Assembly (NCBI GenBank): GCA_965153455.1
Contig: OZ234493.1
Location: forward strand, 29,750,213 to 29,814,212
Source of the DNA: Sphagnum compactum
Taxonomy: Eukaryota
Length of the DNA: 64,000 nucleotides
Reading direction: 5' to 3'
The notes beneath the pieces were generated by a model. It had not been told where the DNA came from. It did no database searches and saw nothing but the letters and a program-made list of their open reading frames with translations. A program made the position numbers and the translations under genes. This document shows, piece after piece, positions 54,552 through 64,000 of this stretch; position 1 is the first letter of the stretch; each line of letters starts with the position of its first letter.

Positions 54552-57277
54552 ATGGCGATGGCGTTGCATGCGGTACCCCCGCTAGTGAAGGTGGCTGTGG
54601 CGCAGATGACTGCCATCTCCGATACAAACGCAAATTTCATCACTTGCGCCCGCCTTGTGCAGGTGCACAGTCACTCTCTCGTCTGATTCCACTCCTTTTA
54701 ACTGTTGCAGGATTTGCTCTCAAACGATCTTCATTGAAATTGTTATTCCCACTTAAGGCAATTCGTTCTTCTTTTGTCCTCCTCAAGCATTGGGAGGGTT
54801 GTGTTGTGTTGTGTTGTGTTTTCTTTTTTTCTTTTTTTCCTTGGAGGCAAGAAGTATTGTTTTGAACGTTTTTGTTTTTTTCTGCGATATATAAACCCTA
54901 GTTATGGGTTGGTTGCTCCAACTTGTGCTTCAATCGATATCTCAATAGCTCGACCTTCTCATGTCGAATAACCCTTCTTAAGTTGCAAGTTGCAAGAAAC
55001 TCGTCATGTGCGTGGATCTCTAAAAATCACTCTAGGTTTTAGCACCAGATTAGTGTCGCATATCACCACATCACAGCTGTTACACTCAAGCTGCATCGAG
55101 CTTAATTTACTACATGCTTTCTCTCCTGTGGGGTGGTGAGGACAGGAAGCAGCGGCAGCGGGTGTCAAACTCCTCAGTCTGCCAGAATGCTTCTCATTCA
55201 TTGGGTCCAGGGATGGAGAGGCGTTGGGCATAGCAGAGCCATTGACCGGACCCATCATGAAACGCTACCAGTCTTTGGCTAGGTGTGTTCTATCTCTCTG
55301 TAGACTTAGTGGAGCAGAATCTTCTGTCAGCAACACTTATGCAAAAGTTGCCTTTTCTCTGTCTGCCTAACTGAATTTGACAAAGTTTTGTTTCACTGAG
55401 GGGAGAGTCTGATGCAGAGAGGCAGGGTTGTGGCTAGCACTTGGGGGGTTTCAAGAGAAAGGCCCTGATGACAAGCATATATACAACACACATGTACTTC
55501 TCGACGACTATGGCAGAATTTGTTCCTCTTATCGCAAAATTCACCTGTATGTACTCTCTCCCTCTCTTTATCTGGTAGGGCTGGTGGTGAAGGGCATTGC
55601 TAGGGTGGTTCAACATAAATTGAATCAACCTTCTGTTTCAGATTAGCATAATGAGAGTGCTGCCAGGGTTGCAGGTTTGATGTTGATGTTCCAGGAGGTC
55701 CGGTGTTGAAAGAGAGCAATAATACTGCATCTGGTATGATTCACTCTTGCACCTGTTGCTTCTGCCATTTCAATGACAATGATGAGTCATTCCTGCATGA
55801 GAAGAAAAAGCTGTGACTATATTTTGTTCCTAGAAGCTCTTGAGCTCTCTTTGCAGGGGTGATATCTGAAGACTTCTTGATGAATAGAGGGTCAAATTTT
55901 CTCTGCAGGAGGTAGCATGTCCATAGGAGGTTTGACTTTGACATTTTCTCCTGTCTTGAGGGGTGAGTGGGATTGGGACTGTCAACAACAGGATCAGAGG
56001 TTGTAGTGGCCAATTGTCCTGCTGGAAAGCTAGGTTTAACTGTATGCTACGATCTTCGCTTTCCAGAGCTTTATCAACGACTTCGATTTGCTGAAAATGC
56101 TGAAGTGAGTGTTCTTTATTGGTTCTTTGTAGAATCCATGGACTTCTTTTATGCTTAATACAGCAATGTATTCAGTGTTCAGGCAAATTTGATGTGTTGG
56201 AATAAGGTGGCATTGCCTTCTGCACAGGTGTTGCTGGTACCATCTGCTTTCACTAAGAAGACTGGGGAAGCCCACTGGGAGCTTCTACTCCGTGCTCGAG
56301 CAGTTGAGACTCAGTGTTATGTACACTCCATCTCATCCTCTTAGTGTAGTCTGGATTTGAAGCTGACAGAATGCAAGTAGTACATACAAAAAGCATGTGC
56401 AATGGGAATGTGTATAGATCATCCTGGTCCTTCTATGGTGTGACTGGCTGATTGAACCGATATCTGTAGAAAGAACAAGAAGTGGTCCTCATGTTGAGGT
56501 TATTGCAGGTATTAGCCGCAGCCCAGGCTGGCAAGCATAATGACAAACGAGAGAGCTATGGTGATGCTATGATCATTGACCCTTGGGGTACAGTCATTGC
56601 CCGATTACCAGGTCCTCTTTCTCTCTCTGCTCTTGCTCTTGCTTGTTGGGGTTGGTTCTCAATTAATGCCTGGCAGTTTTGGGCCAGACTCTGTATAGTT
56701 GGTGACTTCAAATCCAATAATTTTGGTCTGTAGTCACTGTTTCTGCAAGGGCATGCATAGCAAGACCTCCAGAGAATAGCTATGTGTATGCATCTTATCT
56801 TCTGTCAACTTGATCATTAAGGAGTGTAGTTTGTCTGCCCTTTGTAGACAAGCTGGTTACAGGGATAGCAGTGGCACAAGTTGATCTCTCAATGTTGCAA
56901 GCAATCAGACTTCGTATGCCAATTGAGCAGGTGAGATTTCAGACTGAAGTTATGGTGTTGTGCCCATAACTCCCTTGGTCATGCATATCCTAAATTTATG
57001 TGTGCAAACAGTAATGATGCTAGAGCTTCTTTATGTACGTGAGAGCCTGGTTGTACCATTTGCTGGAGAATCTACCCAAGGCTTGCAGGGTTATATGAAC
57101 CTGGTGATGAATAAGAGTAATTTTAGGCATTCCAACTTGATCTAGAGAAGAGAACTGCATGCCATGTTTTTTCTCATGCTTGTCTGCTTTCTGCAGCATC
57201 GGCGATATGATATCTATGGGCCTTCCTGCCCTCAGCAGGTACCAAGCAAAGGTGATGAGAAGCATTCTTCTTTGTGA
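54552..57277 (+). CDS. NLP2: Nitrilase-superfamily Nit1-type deaminated glutathione amidase (nitrilase-like protein 2), 302 aa
   Basis: Nine GT-AG exons: 54552-54662, 55146-55282, 55418-55546, 55675-55733, 55992-56104, 56228-56320, 56509-56611, 56848-56930, 57197-57277 (909 nt). The catalytic triad is LPE (Glu), YRKIHLFDVDV (Lys) and VCYDLRFPE (Cys). Nit1 motifs [28 protein letters not shown] and IIDPWG are present. Confidence 0.95.
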
Positions 57278-58329
57278 AGCTCTCAATGGTTTGAGTTAGT
57301 TTTCCAATTCAACCGTCTCCAGGAGTTCCTTTTCAATTCCCATCCATGTACATCCTGAGATTTTGTTTTCATGCATTTAGTTGGCTATCCAGAACATATA
57401 TCTTCATTCATGCTGGGTGGTTGCAAATCATTTATTAGGACATCATTACACCACATTTCCTGGGTTTCTGCCTCTAGTTCAGTTGAAGGATCTTGAAGTT
57501 TTGAACAGTAAGGTCCTTAGCATCTCAGTCCTGCCAAAATATGTGGTGTATGAGCAAAATGATTGGGCTGGGCTGGGCAAATGGTTTGCAGTTGAGACTG
57601 ATATTATCACTCTGCTCATATTCAAAAACCTGGGGCACAGTCCAGGGTAAGGATGTGGGGGTTTTCCTAGCACTGGAATATTATACATGTAATTCATGGC
57701 AGCCAGTGGCAGCCAAAGATTGTGTGACAATAACAGTTTGAAATTGCCTGTGTCCCACTGGGATGATGTTTGTGGCCAGTGAAGCTTTGGAAGAAGGAAA
57801 GTAAGTGGTCATGTGGTGATTGAAGTTTGTAAGGTAGTCTTAGCTGGTTGGGTGTAACCAAAAAAGGGGAAGATGTATTTTGGTGTTTCTAAATGCACTC
57901 AGTAATTCCAAGGGCAGCGGATCCAGCTCCCTTGCAGCTGTATTGGGAGACAGATGGGTCGTGCACATGAAGGAAGAAGCACGGCAGACTGCCACGTGAG
58001 AAGCAGATCTGCCTGTGATCAGCCACAAAACTTGGCAGGCAGAAAATTCTGAAGCTCACCTTCTGGCCTGCCCACGAACTGCGGCGCTCCATTTAGCACT
58101 CTGCCTGAGTCTCTCCTGAGTTCTGTTCAGCACTCTGCCCAAGTCTCTCCTGAGTTTCACTTCTCACCTTTGCGCTCACCCATGCTCACCTGCCCACATT
58201 CTGTAGCCATTTTCTCACTGCAAACAATACAGGCACTGTGTTTCTCAAATTTTTTCTTTGAATCACATTTTCTTCTGTCTTTCTCACCATGGAACCGTCT
58301 GAAGAGCCAAGGTTCCAAGTTTCGTGCAC

Positions 58330-58916
58330 CTGATGATGATGGGTTCAAGCTCTTCACTTCCCTTGTTCATTGTGCCTCGCACAGCGCCTCCAGCTCCACC
58401 TAAATCCAGGAGAGATTGGAAAAATGATTCTACAGCATTGTTGATGGATTTGTTTGAGGAGAAGTTTCTTGCCAATAGCATGAACAGCTTGACACAGCAG
58501 CAGTGGCAAGAAATTTTATTGAAGATTGAGGAGGCATGAGCATTGACCCCTCCGCACACTTGGGCTCAAGTTCAGTCCAAAGTACACAAAATGCGGAAGA
58601 AATTTAATCAGTTGAAACATGAGCATGGAGAATCTGACACAGGTCAATGCAAATGGCCATGGTTTGAGCAATGTTTAATGATTTGGGGCAAGATTGCCAA
58701 GGCTTGTGACACTGTTGGAGGCATGGACAATGGTGTTCCAATTGATTCAGTGGGTGGATCTGTGCAGGAGCCTGTCAGCTTGGAGGATACTGAAGAACAT
58801 GATGCTCCTCCTTCTCCAAACAGACAGGTTCCTCCATTTGCCAGACAACTCTTCTCAAGGCAGTAAGACTCCACCCACACCGAGGTCAGCAGCTTGCAAG
58901 AAGCCAGGGTTGGATG
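58330..58916 (+). pseudogene. Myb/SANT-like (trihelix/MADF-type) DNA-binding domain gene with an in-frame stop, Harbinger ORF2-like or trihelix-like
   Basis: Same-frame ORFs 58324-58539 and 58543-58866 are joined across one TGA: DWKNDSTALLMDLF..LTQQQWQEI..*..HTWAQVQSKVHKMRKKF..KWPWFEQC. A frameshift near 58830 is likely, and there is a GTAAG donor at 58917. Confidence 0.75.
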
Positions 58917-59487
58917 GTAAGCCTCCACAAAAATTTGTTTTTTATGAAATTGTGTAGAGGGTAGGGAGAGAAAATTAGATGGAGCAGCTAAAAAGGTGGC
59001 CAGACTATGCGTGCATGTGCGCATTTTGTCTGCCTGCCGCCATTTCTGCCAGTGAATTTCAAGTAGCAGGCAGGCAGAAGCCAAGGTTTTCATAATCATG
59101 GACATGACTGAGAGTCTACCATGTACCTCATTGTTTTAGCAACCTACCCACTTTTAAGCCATACCTACCTTTTGTGTGGGATGACCTATCTGCTGTTGAC
59201 ATCAGTGAGGTGCCCCTAGAAGACCAATTGTGCCAGTTGCAACCTTCCAGAAGCCAAAGAAGACCATTGATTCTGCCAAGTAAGCAACTCCTGGCCAAGC
59301 CAAGGGATTGCTTAGCTGGCAGAATTGACCTTGTATGGCCCGATCTCTAGAACATAAGCTCTGTATTCCCAGACTTGCAACACATCTCTTACATATAGCA
59401 ACTTTGGATTCACAGTTGCATACACCCCACAAATGCTTAAAATGCCCTGTGTGCCCATAATAATTTCTATAATTGGATAGCTGGCAT

Positions 59488-59732
59488 CAGTGGTTCTCTT
59501 TTGTGTGAACTATTGCCAAAATGGGAAAAATAAATGTAGAAAGGGCGTATTATTCTGTCACAATATTCCCATTTTTGGAATTTTCTTTGCCAAATTTGGA
59601 CTCTGCTTTTAGTTTGGTAGCAGTTTTTTGACTGTGTAGATAGGTTCTAAAAACGCGTTGCCATTTAATGCTTAATCCCTGGTGGGATGCTAGCAAATGA
59701 AGCAACATATGAAATTTGAAAAGAAATCACTG
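59488..59732. mobile_element. hAT-type MITE (245 bp)
   Basis: TIRs are CAGTGGTTCTCTTTT / AAAAGAAATCACTG. A perfect 8-bp TSD GCTGGCAT lies at 59480-59487 and 59733-59740. Confidence 0.9.
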
Positions 59733-60097
59733 GCTGGCATGCTTTTTTGGTGGTTCACAGTTCAATTATACTGGCCATCATTCTCTTATTTGCCCTTCCA
59801 TTCAAGGTCGGTCATCTGGACATGAACTTTCCTCCTATGCATGCATACAAGCTTAAATGCTCTAGACGATGGACTACAAGGTCTTTTTGATGCAATGGCT
59901 AAAGTTGGCCTCCGAAGCTCTCCTTATACATGAAGAGCCAACAACAAGAAATGTCCATATACAGTATCAAAGATGTATTGTAGATTTTGACAATTGGGAT
60001 TATCATCATTTGTGGTTACTGCCATAGGCACGAACACTTATAAACCCCGAATAATAAAGCCATACACATTTTGAAGGGAGGAAATTGTATTAAGACA

Positions 60098-63000
60098 GAA
60101 GCTAGAAATAGTGCAATTAGATTTGCAAAAGTCAGTCCAAGACAAACTGAAACAGTTGGACGTGGGGAGTCTAAAAAGTAAAATACAAGAATTAGAAGTT
60201 GTGAAAGCTGTAGGACAAAGGTTGCGGGCTAGAATTAGGTGGAATCAATTAGGTGACATGGTGTCTAAAAGATTTTTTTTCAATTATCAAGTCAAAACCT
60301 AATAAAACTGTGTTTTTCGCTTTAAGAGATGAGGATGGTAATGTGGTATCTAGAAAAGAGGATTTAGAATTTGTTTGTCACAATTTTTACAAGAAGTTGT
60401 ACCAAGTTAAAGGAGAAACCTTGGAACAAATAGAAATGAGAGCTAGGGTTTTGGAGTCATTACCCAAAAAGTTTTCTAATGAGTTGAATGCTAGGCTAGG
60501 TACACCAATTTCAATGGAAGAACTTCACCTAGTCACAAAGTCCATGGTTAAAAACAAATCACCAAGCCTAGATGGGGTTGTGGTAGAGTTTTACTTTTTT
60601 TTTTTTTTGCGAGGTAATAGGAGAGGAATTTTCATAAATGATTAAGGCAGCAGTGCAATTGGGGCGATTCCCTAAGGGGGTTGACAAGGGGATGATAACT
60701 CTTTTGTTCAAAGCTAGAAAGAAGGAAAATTGGGGGAATTGGCGTCCCATTACACTTTTGAATGTGGCTTAACAAGATTTTCACCAAAATGTTGCAACTA
60801 AGACTCCAGCCTATCTTGATGGAGATGGTGGATACTGAACCAATAGCCTTCTTCTCAATGAGGTATATTCTAGACAACATCTTGTTAGTGCAAGAAACCA
60901 TTGATTGCGCTTGGCGGTCTAACGAACCCCTGGTTTTTCTTAAACTGGATTTTTCAAAGGCATATGACAAAATAAGTTGGGGCTTTTTGTTCATGGTGCT
61001 GGAAAAAAATGGGGATGATAGTTGAATTCATAAACATGGTGAAGGTCTTGTTTCAAGACCTGGAAGTGGCAGTTTGTATCAATGGGGGCATACTAGTTCT
61101 TTTAAAATGGAAAGAGGAATAAGGCAGGGATACCTTTTGGCTCCTTCCCTGTTCATTTTTGTTAAGAAAGTTCTTAATTTCATGATGAAGGAAGCTACAA
61201 GCAGGGGTAATCAAGGGGATCTCTCTCCCGGGGGGTACAAAGCAACATACATTATTTCAATATGCGGATGACACTACAATTTTAGTGAAAGGAGAGGAAT
61301 GGAATCTGCAAACTATAGTTCATCTACTAAACAACTTCTTTTTTATAAGTGGAATGGATATCAATTGGGACAAATCCATGGCCTATTGGAACAACAAGAA
61401 AAAGAGACAAAAACCTAAGTGGACAAAGGAATTTAAATGGAAGTGGGTGAAGGATGGGGAACTTGCTAAGCCATTGGGGGTGCCTTTTGGGATAAATTTA
61501 GATACCAAGGAGGTGGATGCTTTTCTAATTGAAAAACTACAGAAGAAACTTAGGCATTGGAACACTCTTCATTTGCCTCGTGTTGGTAGGGCTGTAGTCA
61601 TCAACTCTGTGTTGACATCCACACTATGATTTTTCATTAAGGTATGGGGAGGTACAAAGAAAGGAATCAAGAAGTGCAAGGCTTATTAAGGAACTTTCTA
61701 TGGGCCCGAAATGATCATCATGCAAGAATGAGGGTCAATTGGGGGGATTGTTGTGCGCATAAAAACATTGGAGGGTTGGGCCTAACTAACCTAGAGGATG
61801 CTTTTTTAACTTTGCTGTGTAAGTGGGTCTTTTCCTACCTTGGAACCATGGGATTCCAACCTCAAATCCTTATTTAGTTAGATGTAAGCCTTCCCGACAC
61901 AAGAATTGGAGCCCAAGTATTAATTGGGCTATGGTCAAAGGACATGTTTCTAGTTCAAGTTCTAATCTATGGGGGCAAATTATGAGGGCGTGGAAATGCT
62001 TTGTTGACAAAGTTCATTCCTTCCTTACATGTGGAATCCATTAAAAGGGTTAACTTATGGTGGGGTTCCAATTTTACGCGTTCAAAGTATTGTACCTCCA
62101 TACTTCCTGCCCAAGAACTACATGCAACAAGGTTATGACAAGTAGGAGACTTGTGGGACCCAAACTTGAACGGATTCCACTTTTGGGAGGAAGCTAGAAA
62201 TAGGTTTTAGTTTGAAGCCAATGAACAATGCATACGGCAACGAATGTTGAATTGTATCCTAGAGATCTGGGTCACAGAAATGACAAACCCTTCCGTGGAA
62301 GCTAGATGTGGTGAATGGCTTGGCATTTTTGAAGATATGTCATAGGATCCAATTAAGGTCTTTTGCACAACTAGGGAGTTTACACCAACTACAGATGGGG
62401 TTTTACAACATTTTTTGGTGCCATTGAAGACTTGGGTTTTGACCCTAGTTTATGGGATTGAAAGGGCTAGAAGGAGCTATTGAGTTATAATGCTAGGGAG
62501 GGCAGAAATTGCTCAATCCAAAGGACACCCTTTCAAGAAATGTGTTCGAGAAATGGAACCAAGTCCTCTCACCAAACTTCAAGCTAAAATGGCAAGATGT
62601 TTGGGCCAAGAGAAGGGGCAGAAAGGAGGCATGTTTTCCCTGATCTTTGTGGTACAAGGCCTTTGCTGTAAATACTGAGAAGGCAAAAAGTAAATCATAA
62701 TATCCAAGTAGATTGTCCCTCTTGTGAACATGGAACCCCAGAAACCATCATGCATAGGTTTTGGCAACGTCCTAGAGCTAGGACAACATGGGAACAAGCC
62801 TTCTCATTCTTGTATAGTCTCAAGTCTCCCATAGACACTAGCTTGGCTTTGAGGCCCCTCAGCCTTGAACAATGTTTGTTTAATAAGAACTTGCCTTGCA
62901 AATTTAGAAAATTCAGCCTTCTTTGGTCCTTAATTAGATGTGTTACCCTCTAGTCAATTTTGGCTTGAGAGGAAGGATCTAAGTTTCAATGGTGCTAGAT

Positions 63001-63328
63001 GGCACCATAACAAACTTAAGAAAGTGATGTGGGATGGTCTTCTGGATTATGGTAGATTGGAGTGGCAACATACACTTCAGAAGATTAAGAGGAAACCAAC
63101 CAATGAGGCCAGCTTGTTGGAGGCTTTTGACAAGGTCTGGGGTCCACACCGTGTCATCTGCGCTAGGGACAGCCGTAAAGTTAGGTGGTGCTATCAACCA
63201 CCTTACACTAGTAGTAGTTTCCTTTGGTAGGTGTGTGGTTCTTGGTGCTTGGGTTGGGTGTCCCCCTGGCCTTGTGGTGTACTGGTTCTCTTTTTGCAAT
63301 GGATTTTCCATTTGTGCCAAAAAAAAAA
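60098..63328 (+). mobile_element. 5'-truncated, decayed LINE (L1/Tx1-like ORF2: RT plus zf-RVT)
   Basis: KSPSLDG, NWRPITLLN, RYILDNILL, LKLDFSKAYDKISW, GIRQGYLLAP and QYADDTT are present, with a CPLV..ETIMHRFW zinc-finger remnant at about 62715-62765. An A10 tract at 63319-63328 is the probable tail. No endonuclease domain was seen. Confidence 0.92.
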
Positions 63329-63679
63329 ACCACCCCCAAATAACAATCCAATTGAACATCAGTACTCAAACAGATACAAAAACAAGGTGCCAAATTTGAT
63401 AAAGTGGGTTGACAGAACTTCTCTTGAGTCCTTATGCAAGGTGAGAGAGCAAACAAATGGAATTAATCATGTACGGTATCAATAAGGTCATTGTCAAATT
63501 TGAGAATTGCTGGAGCTCATTATCAGAGGTCATGGGTACACAGATGAATACGTTAAACCCCATAACAAGCTGCAGCAACAGCCATACTCAAACAGACAAA
63601 AGCAAGGAGCCAAAAACAAAGAAAACGAGTGTATTCTCCTTAAACAAGGAGAGGGCCAATAAATAAATAAAATAAGTAC

Positions 63680-64000
63680 CCCCAGTTTATAATGGGGCTA
63701 TTAGCCTAGGCCAAATATGGTGACGAACAGTTTTGGAAAGGGAAATTTCATGCACGCAATGGGAAGGCTCAGCATGCCTTGATTTTTTTTCCTTTGTTTT
63801 CAACATGTTCCCTTCAAGTTCCCAATGGGTTCCCAATATGTTCCCTAGGTTCCCAATAGCATCTCACTTTAATCCCATATGTTTTAATCCCAAAGTCCTA
63901 CCCTTCTCACCTATATAGGTGGGCCACCTATATAGTGGGGAGGCACTCCATCTTTCCATAGAATCTTCTATTTTGGGGAGCCTCCATAGTTTCAACTTTT
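63680..64000. repeat. Probable non-autonomous interspersed repeat with GTTCCC motif runs, cut by the window edge
   Basis: Repeated GTTCCC(AA) motifs at 63808-63857, the palindrome CACCTATATAGGTG at 63908-63921 and a near-duplicate immediately after it. Confidence 0.4.

Noticed and set aside
54461-54865. 134-aa ORF at the Nit1 5' end
   Set aside because: It has a GTG start, overlaps true exon 1 out of frame and runs into intron 1.
9771-57277. SCPL, RUG-like and Nit1 as a functional gene cluster
   Set aside because: Their functions are unrelated and they are separated by 10-28 kb of TE debris, with nothing suggesting co-regulation.
58644-59105. 153-aa minus-strand ORF
   Set aside because: It is an antisense shadow of the Myb/SANT-like sequence with no motifs.
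57630-59460. GGGCACAG.. / ..TGTGCCC as Harbinger TIRs around the Myb-like gene
   Set aside because: The match is too short and there is no matching TWA target duplication.

Overview
AT-rich, intron-containing plant genomic DNA. It is most likely a bryophyte (peat-moss-like), inferred from gene structure and repeat families. Three intact multi-exon genes were reconstructed by hand with GT-AG junctions and continuous reading frames: a clade-II serine carboxypeptidase-like gene (-, 9 exons, 455 aa), an RCC1-repeat RUG1/RUG2-like gene (-, 14 exons, 439 aa) and a Nit1/NLP2-type deaminated-glutathione amidase (+, 9 exons, 302 aa, ending in the PTS1-like tripeptide SSL). The rest is mostly transposon-derived. 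It includes a full-length decayed Ty1/copia element with a half-tRNA-iMet-type primer site, a gag start inside the LTR and a triplicated peptide insert; two decayed Ty3/gypsy elements; a 2.5-kb TG..CA insertion carrying a fossil ORF I cannot assign; a 0.8-kb solo LTR; hAT-type MITEs; a 5'-truncated LINE; a Myb/SANT (Harbinger- or trihelix-like) pseudogene; and several degenerate tandem repeats. No rRNA, tRNA or CRISPR array was found. I found no clearly new multi-gene system; the best leads are the element-borne fossil ORF, the copia architecture and the Nit1 targeting signal.
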